Assembly (NCBI GenBank): GCA_027858775.1 | Contig: JAQICA010000102.1 | Span: forward strand, 11,692-75,691 | Length of the DNA stretch: 64,000 bases | Reading direction: 5' to 3' | Source of the DNA: Salinivirgaceae bacterium | GTDB taxonomy: Bacteria; Bacteroidota; Bacteroidia; Bacteroidales; Salinivirgaceae | Part shown: in pieces, positions 26,784-36,537 of the stretch | How the letters are laid out: each line of letters opens with the position of its first letter | Position numbering within the stretch: the first letter of the stretch is position 1 | Notes under the pieces: generated by a model | The model's input: the letters and a program-made list of their open reading frames with translations, nothing else | Database searches by the model: none | Told to the model about the DNA's origin: nothing | Position numbers and translations under genes: made by a program

Positions 26784-28328
26784 TTATTTTGCAATACGCT
26801 CTAACCATTTTAACATAAAAATCATTGTCCCCAGTGATATAAAACATGCAACAACAAAAACACTCCATGTTAACCACAATGGTACACTTTCGTATAGAAT
26901 AGCACCAATAAACAGCAACTGGTTACCAAGTGCAGTAGCACCTAACCAACCACCTTGCATAATTCCCTGATACTGTGGCGGCGCAACTTTCGAAACAAAT
27001 GAAATTCCTAATGGGCTAATAAACAGTTCTGCAATAGTCAGAATCAGATATGTACCAATAAGTAGGAATGGAGTAATACGCTGTGCTTGTTCAAGCGGCG
27101 CTCCGTCGCGAGCAGGGTCAATAGACATAAAGTCAGGCAAACCTGCTGATGAAACTGCCATTACAACATAAGCCATACCAGCGATAAACATACCAATGGC
27201 AATCTTCTTCGGCGTAGATGGTTCCATGCCTTTTGCTCGTAGCCAACCAAATAAACCCACAATCACCGGTGTCAGGAACACAATAAAAATCGGGTTAATT
27301 GATTGGAATATTTCAGCACCCTCAATAGTAACAAAGCCAAGATTTATGGCAATACCGCTTAAATCGGTATAATCTCGAGCAAACATGGTAAGCGTTAAAC
27401 CATTTTGGTGGAACGAGAACCAGAAAAAGATAACTACTCCAAATACTGCAAATAAAGCATAAAGGCGCTGCTTAATTTCCTTTGCACTCATTCCATTATT
27501 TGTAATCTCATTTTTGGCTTCTTGTGTTTTTTTCTGAACTGCCGGGAATTTGCTCTTATTTGCTAAATAAACAATTAGCGAAATAATCATAGCTCCAACA
27601 GCAATACCAAATGCATAGTGGAAACCTGTAGTAAATACGCCAAGGTATTTACCGGCAAACTGATCTAAACTCATTCCGGCACCTCCGACTTGCTGTTGCA
27701 GTTCTTCAAAACGAACTAAAGCATCTCCATGCAAGCCCGAACCGAGGTGTTTGTGACAAAGTCCTGGTAAGTCAGGATTGTAGCTAAAACCGTTGTTGTT
27801 CAACCACCAGTTTCTGATACCAATAGCAGTAAAAGGAGCAAAAATAGCACCTACGTTAATAAACATGTAAAACAACGAAAAGCCTGAATCGCGCTTATCG
27901 CCATACTTTTCATTATCGTACATTTGGCCAACTAATGCCTGAAGGTTACCCTTAAATAGTCCGTTACCAAAAGCAATAACAAACAGTCCGAAATTGGTAA
28001 GCACGAGCATTAGTGTACGACTTGCATCAGGCACTGGTGTTGGCGTAGGTATCGCAACGATAACGTACCCCAGTGCCATCACAATAATACCAAGCATGAT
28101 GGTACCTTTGTAGTTCCGAATTTTGTCGGCAATTAATCCGCCCACAAAGGCCAAAATGTAAATTGAAAAATAAAACACGGAATAAATCAACCCGGCATCG
28201 GTGCCGCTAAGTCCGAATTTTGCTTGCAGAAATAGCACCAGAATAGCCATCATGGTATAGAAGCCGAAACGCTCCCCCATATTTGCTAAGGATGCCGCAA
28301 TTAGTCCTCTTGGATGTCCTTTAAACAT
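26784..28328 (-). CDS. Proton-dependent oligopeptide (POT/PTR2) MFS transporter
   Basis: ERFGFY (ExxERF-like), GNGLFKGN, FYMFINVG and AELFISPLG motifs. Confidence 0.95.
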   Translation of the reverse strand: MFKGHPRGLIAASLANMGERFGFYTMMAILVLFLQAKFGLSGTDAGLIYSVFYFSIYILAFVGGLIADKIRNYKGTIMLGIIVMALGYVIVAIPTPTPVPDASRTLMLVLTNFGLFVIAFGNGLFKGNLQALVGQMYDNEKYGDKRDSGFSLFYMFINVGAIFAPFTAIGIRNWWLNNNGFSYNPDLPGLCHKHLGSGLHGDALVRFEELQQQVGGAGMSLDQFAGKYLGVFTTGFHYAFGIAVGAMIISLIVYLANKSKFPAVQKKTQEAKNEITNNGMSAKEIKQRLYALFAVFGVVIFFWFSFHQNGLTLTMFARDYTDLSGIAINLGFVTIEGAEIFQSINPIFIVFLTPVIVGLFGWLRAKGMEPSTPKKIAIGMFIAGMAYVVMAVSSAGLPDFMSIDPARDGAPLEQAQRITPFLLIGTYLILTIAELFISPLGISFVSKVAPPQYQGIMQGGWLGATALGNQLLFIGAILYESVPLWLTWSVFVVACFISLGTMIFMLKWLERIAK

Positions 28329-28370
28329 AATAATCTATCTTTGGTTAATAATTTTCGTGCTGTAAGTCGA

Positions 28371-28378
28371 CAAATATA
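28371..28378 (-). promoter_or_regulatory. -7 element (TATATTTG) for the POT transporter
   Basis: Exact match on the minus strand about 43 nt upstream of the ATG. Confidence 0.6.
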
Positions 28379-28592
28379 TAAGAAATTTTCGTTCCCCACC
28401 AACCCAAAAAACATTTCTTGACCCGAAATAGGGTTTTCCGTACCAAAACATTCAATCTGATAGCAAAAAAACGTGAAAAATCGAAACCTACAGGCAAACA
28501 GGACAATTACCAACGATCTTTACCAATAAAAACAAGTGGCCACTACCATGGTAAAGATGAACATTTTACATTGAGAAATACAGAAAACCCCT

Positions 28593-28600
28593 TACTTTTG
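28593..28600 (+). promoter_or_regulatory. -7 element (TACTTTTG) for nnr
   Basis: Exact TAnnTTTG match upstream of 28715. Confidence 0.5.
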
Positions 28601-28714
28601 CAATTTAACAGGAATAGTTTCTGAACAAATAATCAGTCAAAGCATCATAATATATGTACTACAGTCAGCATATAGTTAGTACCAACTGTTTAAAAACACA
28701 AAAAACGAACACAT

Positions 28715-30229
28715 ATGAAAATCCTTACCGCTGAACAGATAAGAACCATTGACGAAGCAACAATAAAAGGTGAACCTATTCCGTCTGTTGATCTAATGGA
28801 GCGAGCGGCAAACCAGCTACTTCAAGTTGTACTGCACAAATTTACGCATACCAAAAACATTGCATTACTAGCCGGCCCCGGAAACAATGGTGGCGATGCC
28901 ATTGCGCTTACGCGATTATTATCAGAAAAAGGCAAACGTACAACACTGTTTCTTATCGATTTAGGAGGACAATTATCGCCAGACAGCAAAACAAACCTGA
29001 CCCGACTTAATAATTATAAGACGGTTACAGTAGCAACTATTTCTAAAAAGGATGCGTTACCGGATATGCAAAAATTCGACATGGTGATTGATGGAATATT
29101 TGGCAGCGGTCTATCGCGGCCGGTAGAAGGATGGTTGGCTGATCTTTTCGCTACTATCAACCAGTCGGCAACAGAAATTATGAGTATCGATATTCCCTCG
29201 GGCTTGTTTAGCGAAGACAACACACAAAATACCGGTGCAATAATTAAGGCATCGTACACGGTAAGTTTTGAATTTCCTAAGTTTGCATTTTTATTGCCCG
29301 AAAATGAACCATTTGTAGGCGAATGGGAAGTACGATCAATAAACTTGCTTCCGCAAGCTATCGAGAAACAAGCAACAAACAATTACTGCACTACGCTCAA
29401 TAGTTTACCAAAACTACAGAAACGCTCAAAATTTGCGCACAAAGGCCATTTCGGACATGCATTGCTAATTGCAGGGAGTTACGGCAAAACGGGTGCAGCA
29501 CTACTTGCAGCAAAAGCATGCCTACGAAGTGGTGTTGGATTACTAACGGTACACGTTCCCCAATCAGCATACGAAATCGTACAATCTACTGTGCCAGAAG
29601 CCATGGCTCTTATCGACGAAACAGAGCAAAATTATTGTTCAGCAAGCAACATTCAAAAATACAACTTTGTAGGAGCCGGGCCCGGAATCGGACAAAAAAA
29701 ATCGATGGTAGACGCGCTCCGAGCTACCCTATCGCACGTAAAAACTCCCATGGTACTGGACGCCGATGCTCTTAACATTATAGCCACGCACAAAGAGCTA
29801 TTTGAATTAATTCCCAATAACAGCATCCTAACTCCTCACCCAAAAGAATTCGACCGTTTAACACAAACACACATTTCTCATATACAACGCATTGAATCAG
29901 CTCAAAAATTGGCAGAACAGCACAAAATAATAATCATTTTAAAAGGCGCCCACACTGCGGTAATTAACACCAATGGGCAGACATTTTTCAATACAACAGG
30001 AAGTCCGGCAATGGCAAAGGGCGGAAGTGGAGATGTATTAACCGGAATGATTCTTGGGATTTTAAGTTCAGGCTACATCCCGTTTGATGCAGCCATGCTT
30101 GCCACATACCTCCATGGCAAAGCTGCAGAATTGGTTTTAACAAATGAATCTGTAGAATCGGTTATTGCAACAGACATCATAGAACAAATTGGGAAAGCAT
30201 TTGAGTATGTGCGTAAAAACAAACAGTAG
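28715..30229 (+). CDS. nnr: Bifunctional NAD(P)H-hydrate epimerase/dehydratase
   Basis: GPGNNGGD, DGIFGSG, DIPSG, GPGIG, DADAL, TPHPKEF and GGSGDVL motifs. Confidence 0.95.
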   Translation: MKILTAEQIRTIDEATIKGEPIPSVDLMERAANQLLQVVLHKFTHTKNIALLAGPGNNGGDAIALTRLLSEKGKRTTLFLIDLGGQLSPDSKTNLTRLNNYKTVTVATISKKDALPDMQKFDMVIDGIFGSGLSRPVEGWLADLFATINQSATEIMSIDIPSGLFSEDNTQNTGAIIKASYTVSFEFPKFAFLLPENEPFVGEWEVRSINLLPQAIEKQATNNYCTTLNSLPKLQKRSKFAHKGHFGHALLIAGSYGKTGAALLAAKACLRSGVGLLTVHVPQSAYEIVQSTVPEAMALIDETEQNYCSASNIQKYNFVGAGPGIGQKKSMVDALRATLSHVKTPMVLDADALNIIATHKELFELIPNNSILTPHPKEFDRLTQTHISHIQRIESAQKLAEQHKIIIILKGAHTAVINTNGQTFFNTTGSPAMAKGGSGDVLTGMILGILSSGYIPFDAAMLATYLHGKAAELVLTNESVESVIATDIIEQIGKAFEYVRKNKQ

Positions 30230-30310
30230 CACAATACTTTACGCAAATACACATGCATAATTTGATTCATTAATAATTAGTATATTTTTCACAATTCCCA
30301 CAGAACAATG

Positions 30311-30318
30311 TATCTTTG
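30311..30318 (+). promoter_or_regulatory. -7 element (TATCTTTG)
   Basis: Exact match upstream of the lipoprotein gene at 30387. Confidence 0.6.
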
Positions 30319-30386
30319 TCCGTTCAACAAATAATACACAAACCAAGCTTTTTAAAAAAGATCAGGATACACACCATTACAAAAAA

Positions 30387-31571
30387 ATGACAATGAGCAG
30401 AAATACACTAATTTATACAGCAATCATTTTTGCCCTCCTTTTGGGATGTAAACAAACAGAAGAAATAACCAAACCAAGAGTTACATTCAAGCCCGATGAG
30501 GGAGCTCTGCTATCGTACTACCTGCCTGGCAACTCCTACCACATTCAACTTAAGGTAATACGGAAACAAGCATTCCGCGGACCGTTTGTCGATTATGCAA
30601 ATGACTATTTGCGTATCGATAAGGACATAATAAAGTATAACGAAACCACCTACGAAATAGACGATGTAAACATCAACCTATTAGCTCACCCCGACCCTGC
30701 TGAGCATTATTACGTTTTACTCGACGAGGCCGCAAACGTACCAATAACCTTAAATCACAATGGAATTTTATCGGGAATAAATACAGCGCCCGTTAAAACA
30801 CCCAAATTTGAAAACAAAAGAGACCACACACCAGAGGCCGGGAGTTTTGCATTTACCGACCTATCAGTCAGCCCCATCGTTGATATTTCAGAAAAAATAT
30901 CATACGAATACAAAAAAGTAGATTCCGCCCTTGTTAGAGTTCCTGTTAAAAGAGTAGAAACAGAAGTGAAAAACTTTCAACAACTCGCATGGTCGGCAGC
31001 TAAATTCATTTCCACCATTCGCGAAAATCGCTTTAAATTACTGGCCGGCATTAGCGAATCTGACAATATTCCTGAAAAGGTAGAATTCAGAGTTCAGGAA
31101 TTTAACCGTCTGGAAAATACCTACTTAGAACTATTCATCGGACATCAGCAAACCGACACACTCACCTACAACTTCACTTACAGACCCGAAGGCAACACAC
31201 CGGACGACGATTTAACCATCCTTTGTTTCTTCTCAAGCTCACTCGGTATTCAAAAGCCATCAATAGCCGCCATCAACACTCAAAATGGGAAAGGAGCCCC
31301 AATTAGCTTAAAAGTTACGCCAACGTTACTAACAGAAAAGCGAAGAAAAAGCGATATTGAGCAGATAAAAAACAAAGGCATTATTTACAGATTACCGGCC
31401 AGAGCATCAATCGCCGTCACTTTCCGTGATAAAGTTATTACAGAAAAACGCTTACCAATTGCTCAATGGGGCACCCATGCATATTTGCCGGCCTCGCACT
31501 TGAACGATTCGAGCCGAAAAATACAATTTGATGAAAATACAGGAGCGATACTTCAAATTAAAGCCAAATAA
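30387..31571 (+). CDS. DUF4831-like lipoprotein
   Basis: Lipobox LLG-C; 'YYLP', 'GPFVDYANDYL', 'YLELFIG', 'IIYRLPA' and 'FDENTGAI' match my recollection of DUF4831. Confidence 0.75.
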   Translation: MTMSRNTLIYTAIIFALLLGCKQTEEITKPRVTFKPDEGALLSYYLPGNSYHIQLKVIRKQAFRGPFVDYANDYLRIDKDIIKYNETTYEIDDVNINLLAHPDPAEHYYVLLDEAANVPITLNHNGILSGINTAPVKTPKFENKRDHTPEAGSFAFTDLSVSPIVDISEKISYEYKKVDSALVRVPVKRVETEVKNFQQLAWSAAKFISTIRENRFKLLAGISESDNIPEKVEFRVQEFNRLENTYLELFIGHQQTDTLTYNFTYRPEGNTPDDDLTILCFFSSSLGIQKPSIAAINTQNGKGAPISLKVTPTLLTEKRRKSDIEQIKNKGIIYRLPARASIAVTFRDKVITEKRLPIAQWGTHAYLPASHLNDSSRKIQFDENTGAILQIKAK

Positions 31572-31834
31572 AACGTTAGTCCTATTTTTAACAGCAACTT
31601 TAGTTTATGCCGAAAGCCAATGCAAATAAGCTTTTCGGATATCGACTCATTGCAATACATTACAAAAAAAGAACGTTGGCAAAAACGAATTTGCAGCATT
31701 GAATTCCAAAATTGATCGACACCATAACAGTTAAAACTCAATATATCTGCGGCAACATCATGCAGCAATATATTGCAATACAGCGAGTTACACGATAAAG
31801 ACACAATTCCAATTTTATAACCAAATCATTTAAT

Positions 31835-31842
31835 TATATTTG
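31835..31842 (+). promoter_or_regulatory. -7 element (TATATTTG) of the etfB-etfA-acd operon
   Basis: Exact match 30 nt upstream of the ATG. Confidence 0.65.
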
Positions 31843-31871
31843 TCACAAAAATCAAACAGAAATATTTAACC

Positions 31872-32747
31872 ATGAGTGGATTAAAAATCATTTTATTAGC
31901 CAAACAAGTTCCCGACACGAGAAATGTGGGAAAAGATGCGATGAAAGCTGATGGAACCGTTAACCGGGCAGCACTACCTGCCATCTTCAATCCTGAAGAT
32001 TTGAACGCCCTGGAACAAGCACTACGCATCAAAGACCAGGTTCCTGGCTCAACGGTAACCGTTCTTACAATGGGTCCCGGCAGAGCTGCCGAAGTAATTA
32101 GAGAAGGCCTGTACAGAGGCGCAGACGATGGCATTTTACTTACCGACAGAGCCTTTGCAGGTTCCGATACGCTGGCAACATCTTACGCCATATCAAAAGC
32201 CATAGAAAAAATTGGTTCGGTAGATGTTATTATTGCCGGACGACAAGCAATCGACGGCGATACTGCACAAGTAGGCCCACAAGTGGCCGAAAAACTACAC
32301 TTGCCCCAAATCACCTACACAGAAGAAATTCTCGAAGTAACTAAAACGAAACTCAAAATACGTAGAAGGCTGGAGCGCGGAATTGAGATAGTAGAGGGAA
32401 AAATCCCCTGCGTTATTACAGTAAACGCATCGGCACCAGAGTGCAGACCACGTCATGCAAAACAAACCATGAAATTTAAGCATGCAAAAACAATTACCGA
32501 ACTGCAAAGCGCCAACGAAGACTACCTTACACTTTTCGAGAATAAACCCTACCTGAAAATTCAGGAACTAAGTGTAAAAGATGTCGAAGCCGATGTGCAG
32601 TGGCTCGGGTTATCCGGATCGCCTACAAAAGTAAAATCCATCGAAAACGTAATACTCGAAGCAAAAGATGCACGCCAGGTTGAAAATACCAATAACGGTA
32701 TCGAGGAGATGATAAAAGAACTAATGGAAAACCACACCATCGGTTAA
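31872..32747 (+). CDS. etfB: Electron transfer flavoprotein beta subunit
   Basis: KQVPDT, DRAFAGSDTLATS, GRQAIDGDTAQVGP and GLSGSPTKV motifs. Confidence 0.95.
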   Translation: MSGLKIILLAKQVPDTRNVGKDAMKADGTVNRAALPAIFNPEDLNALEQALRIKDQVPGSTVTVLTMGPGRAAEVIREGLYRGADDGILLTDRAFAGSDTLATSYAISKAIEKIGSVDVIIAGRQAIDGDTAQVGPQVAEKLHLPQITYTEEILEVTKTKLKIRRRLERGIEIVEGKIPCVITVNASAPECRPRHAKQTMKFKHAKTITELQSANEDYLTLFENKPYLKIQELSVKDVEADVQWLGLSGSPTKVKSIENVILEAKDARQVENTNNGIEEMIKELMENHTIG

Positions 32748-32777
32748 CCAATGTTGAACAATTAAAATTCTGTTATA

Positions 32778-33797
32778 GTGAATAGCGTATTTGTAATATG
32801 TGAATTGGAAGAAGGAAAAGTGGCCGATGTGAGCCTCGAACTTCTTACAAAAGGACGCCAGCTTGCCAATCAGTTAAAAACAAAACTGGAAGCTGTTGTC
32901 ATTGGAAAAAACCTGAAAGATATTGAGAACCAATTATTCCCTTATGGAACCGATGTGGTGCATAAGGCAGACGATAAAAGGCTGGAGCACTATCTGACTC
33001 TGCCCTACAACTCCATTATTTGTGATTTATTCAGAGAAGAAAAGCCGGAAATAGCTCTGTTAGGAGCTACCTCGCAAGGTCGCGACTTAGGACCACGGGT
33101 TTCTTCAGAGCTTAAATCAGGATTAACAGCCGATTGCACAAGCCTTGAAATTGGAACGCACGAAGACAAAAAGGCAGGAAAAACGTATGATCAGCTATTG
33201 TATCAAATTCGTCCGGCCTTTGGTGGTAACATTATTGCCACTATTATTAATCCCGATTGCAGACCACAAATGGCAACTGTACGCGAGGGAGTTATGAAAA
33301 AAGAAGTTCTCGACACTGCTTACAAAGGAACGGTGAAAAACATTGACGTGGCAAAATCGGTTAAAGACGAAGATTTTGCCGTTGCAATAATCGAACGCCA
33401 CATCGAGCCGCGCAAAATAAATCTTGCGGGCTCGCAGGTCATTGTAGCCGGTGGTTACGGAATGGGCTCAACCCAAAACTTTAATCTACTTTTTGATTTA
33501 GCCGAAGTACTTGGTGGCGAAGTTGCAGCCAGTCGTGCCGCAGTTGATGCCGGATATGCAGAACATGCACGTCAGGTAGGCCAAACAGGAGTAACCGTTC
33601 GCCCAAAACTCTACATTGCATGCGGCATCAGCGGACAAATACAGCACCGCGCCGGAATGGAGGACTCATCAATGATTATTGCCATTAACACAGACGAAAA
33701 TGCACCAATTAATCAGGTTGCAGACTATGTAATAAATGGCGATGTAACCACCATAATCCCACGCATGATCAAAGCGTACAAGAAAAATTCCAAATAA
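32778..33797 (+). CDS. etfA: Electron transfer flavoprotein alpha subunit
   Basis: GLTADCT, RPAFGG, PQMATVR, GQTGVTVRPKLYIACGISGQIQH and IAINTD motifs; GTG start. Confidence 0.95.
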   Translation: MNSVFVICELEEGKVADVSLELLTKGRQLANQLKTKLEAVVIGKNLKDIENQLFPYGTDVVHKADDKRLEHYLTLPYNSIICDLFREEKPEIALLGATSQGRDLGPRVSSELKSGLTADCTSLEIGTHEDKKAGKTYDQLLYQIRPAFGGNIIATIINPDCRPQMATVREGVMKKEVLDTAYKGTVKNIDVAKSVKDEDFAVAIIERHIEPRKINLAGSQVIVAGGYGMGSTQNFNLLFDLAEVLGGEVAASRAAVDAGYAEHARQVGQTGVTVRPKLYIACGISGQIQHRAGMEDSSMIIAINTDENAPINQVADYVINGDVTTIIPRMIKAYKKNSK

Positions 33798-33812
33798 TAA
33801 AATCAGAGAATA

Positions 33813-35534
33813 ATGAGTAATTTCTATAGCGATAATAAAGATCTGAACTTTCATCTCACCCACCCCTTGATGAAAAAGATTGTCGACCTGAAAGAGCATA
33901 ATTATGCCGACGCAGATCAATACGACTACGCTCCAAAAGACTTTGAAGACACACTCGACAGCTACAATAAAGTATTGGAAATTGTTGGCGACATTTGCGG
34001 AAACATTATTGACCCCAATGCCGAATCAGTAGATCAAGAAGGCCCCGAAGTAATAGACGGGCACGTAAAATATGCACGTGGAACAGCCGAAAACCATGAA
34101 GCACTCACCAAAGCAGGCCTTGTAGGTATGTCGCTGCCGCGCAAATACGGAGGCCTGAACTTCTCAATGGTGCCTTACGTAATGGCAGCTGAACTGGTAT
34201 CAAGAGCCGACGCCGGATTTGCAAACATCTGGGGGCTGCAAGACTGCGCCGAAACCATTCATGAATTTGCCTCTGACGAAATCAAAGACGAATTTTTACC
34301 CCGATTCAATAAAGGTGCCACCGCAGCAATGGATTTAACCGAACCCGATGCAGGATCAGACCTTCAGGCCGTTCAGCTTAAAGCAACCTACAACGAAAAA
34401 GAGGATCTGTGGTACCTTAACGGCGTAAAGCGATTTATCACAAACGGCGATGCCGATGTATCGTTAGTATTAGCACGTTCAGAATCAGGCACTGTAGACG
34501 GCCGTGGGCTGTCGCTTTTCGTGTACGACAAAGCCGACAATGCTCTCAGCGTACGTCGAATTGAAAACAAATTGGGTATTAAAGGCTCGCCAACTTGCGA
34601 ACTTGTGTTTACCAATGCACCCGCAAAACTTGTGGGTAACCGTAAAATGGGACTTATAAAGTACGTAATGTCGCTAATGAATGGTGCAAGACTCGGTGTT
34701 GGAGCACAATCAGTAGGAATTGCAGAGGCCGCTTACCGCGAAGCAGTTGAATATGCAGCAGAACGCGCACAATTTGGAAAAACCATCGACCGCTTCCCTG
34801 CTATTTACGAAATGCTTACAAACATGGATGCGAAAGTAAAAGCCGTGCGATCACTACTTTACGAAACAACCCGGTTTGTAGACATTTACAAATCATACGG
34901 TTTTGTATCGGAACAACGCAAACTGGATAAAGACGAACGTCAGGAAATGAAACACTACACAAAACTGGCCGACGCTTTCACCCCGCTGCTCAAGCTCATT
35001 TCAAGCGAGTACAGCAACTCCATTGCCTACGATAGCCTGCAAATTCACGGCGGATCAGGTTTCATGAAAGATTATCCAATTGAACGCATTTATCGCGATG
35101 CACGAATCACAACCATATACGAAGGCACTTCACAGCTACAAGTTGTGGCAGCCATTCGTGGAGTAACAACAAACTCATTCCTGAAGCAAATCAGAGAATA
35201 CGAAAAAGTGAAAATCGATCCGGAATACGAATTCCTAAAGCGCAAACTGGCTGAAATGACGGCAGAGTACGAAAATTGCTTTAATATTGTTGATGAAATT
35301 AACGACAAAGCAGACGACAACGACTACCTGGACATTCATGCCCGCAGATTAGTAGAAATGGCAGGTAACATCATTATGGGATGGCTCCTACTCATCGACA
35401 CCATGCGTGATAAAAACTATGCTAAAAACACCAAGGTGTTCATGAAGATGGCTTATGCAGAAAACGCAGAAAAGTCGGCATACATTAAAAATTTCGAATT
35501 AGATGAAATTGGAATGTTTAAAATCCATGCATAG
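33813..35534 (+). CDS. Acyl-CoA dehydrogenase (Bacteroides long form)
   Basis: DLTEPDAGSDL, NGVKRFIT, KLGIKGSPT, QIHGGSG and RITTIYEGTSQ motifs; extended C-terminal domain. Confidence 0.95.
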   Translation: MSNFYSDNKDLNFHLTHPLMKKIVDLKEHNYADADQYDYAPKDFEDTLDSYNKVLEIVGDICGNIIDPNAESVDQEGPEVIDGHVKYARGTAENHEALTKAGLVGMSLPRKYGGLNFSMVPYVMAAELVSRADAGFANIWGLQDCAETIHEFASDEIKDEFLPRFNKGATAAMDLTEPDAGSDLQAVQLKATYNEKEDLWYLNGVKRFITNGDADVSLVLARSESGTVDGRGLSLFVYDKADNALSVRRIENKLGIKGSPTCELVFTNAPAKLVGNRKMGLIKYVMSLMNGARLGVGAQSVGIAEAAYREAVEYAAERAQFGKTIDRFPAIYEMLTNMDAKVKAVRSLLYETTRFVDIYKSYGFVSEQRKLDKDERQEMKHYTKLADAFTPLLKLISSEYSNSIAYDSLQIHGGSGFMKDYPIERIYRDARITTIYEGTSQLQVVAAIRGVTTNSFLKQIREYEKVKIDPEYEFLKRKLAEMTAEYENCFNIVDEINDKADDNDYLDIHARRLVEMAGNIIMGWLLLIDTMRDKNYAKNTKVFMKMAYAENAEKSAYIKNFELDEIGMFKIHA

Positions 35535-35593
35535 CTCCCAAACCAGAAAATCTGTTTTTGCAATACAATAAGCAGATATATAAGATAGAAATT

Positions 35594-35632
35594 AAAGAAG
35601 CTGTCCACTTAACCGGACAGCTTCTTTTTTTT
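35594..35632 (+). terminator. Intrinsic terminator of the etf-acd operon
   Basis: AAAGAAGCTGTCC-ACTTAACC-GGACAGCTTCTTTTTTTT. Confidence 0.88.
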
Positions 35633-35833
35633 ATTTGTAATAGAGAAATAAAACACATCCTCAGCATCAAATTATCAATCACAAAAGTTAAAATTTGCCA
35701 CTAAAACAGAGCCTACATCAAACAAAAGCAATTTTTAACATATAATTATGATTTCACATTAAGGAATTCAGAAACAAATTTGCTTCCTTAGTCGTTTATT
35801 TATAGACGTATTACCCTTATAAGATAAAAAGAT

Positions 35834-36298
35834 ATGGCAAAATCTAAATTAACATTGGAGCAAAAAAAGGAACTCTGTCGAAAAGAGATCAACCGGGTAG
35901 CAAAAAAACTGAGAAAATCTCCAACAAAAATCGAGTATTCGCAAAGCAAAGGCACCAAGCTCACCTACGGACAAATTGTATACATATTTGGCACATGGAA
36001 TGCAGCCATACATGATGCAGGGCTCCCGATGAACCTTTACAGGCTGCCGCCCAGCAATGAAATTACAAAAGAGCAACTTGTTGAGGATTTCATTCAAGCG
36101 GCAAATACCGTAGGGCAAATGCCAACATTCAGAGATTTCAGCAAATTAGGAAAATATTCACTTACACCATTTGTTCGTCATTTCAAGTCGTGGAACGCTG
36201 TAAAAGAATATGTTTACGACAATTACCGAGAGGAGCTCAAATTTGCACCTCCAAAGATACTTCCCGGCCGGAAACGAAAAAACAAAAAACAAGAATAA
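35834..36298 (+). CDS. Stand-alone protein of two homing-endonuclease-associated repeats, no nuclease domain
   Basis: Two ~55-aa units (..EINRVAKKLRKSPT...YIFGTWNAAIHDAGL; TKEQLVEDFIQAANTVGQMPTFRDF...GKYS...RHFKSWNAV) resembling Pfam HNH_repeat; basic tail. Confidence 0.7.
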   Translation: MAKSKLTLEQKKELCRKEINRVAKKLRKSPTKIEYSQSKGTKLTYGQIVYIFGTWNAAIHDAGLPMNLYRLPPSNEITKEQLVEDFIQAANTVGQMPTFRDFSKLGKYSLTPFVRHFKSWNAVKEYVYDNYREELKFAPPKILPGRKRKNKKQE

Positions 36299-36318
36299 AA
36301 CACATAATTGAAATACCG

Positions 36319-36372
36319 AAAGCTCCCTCAAGAAACTTGTCTAAAATCGCAGACTTTCTGAGGGAGCTTTTT
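36319..36372 (+). terminator. Long bulged intrinsic terminator
   Basis: AAAGCTCCCTC...AGAAA..GTCT-loop-AGAC TTTCT GAGGGAGCTTTTT. Confidence 0.8.
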
Positions 36373-36537
36373 ACATTTTGAATGCTCTCAAATAAAATCA
36401 AAACCCCAAACCGCACATGAAAACAGTTATTAGTGATTCGATTAAAGATTATTTTCTACAACGGTGCTTCATTTTGCTAAAAATGTTTATCTTCGTGCCC
36501 TAATAAAATTTTCGCAAAACAAGTAATATTTTTAGAT

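Noticed and set aside
35558-35566. TTGCAATAC also occurs just downstream of the etf-acd operon
   Set aside because: A 9-mer of this composition is expected by chance in 64 kb (it also occurs inside the POT gene end)
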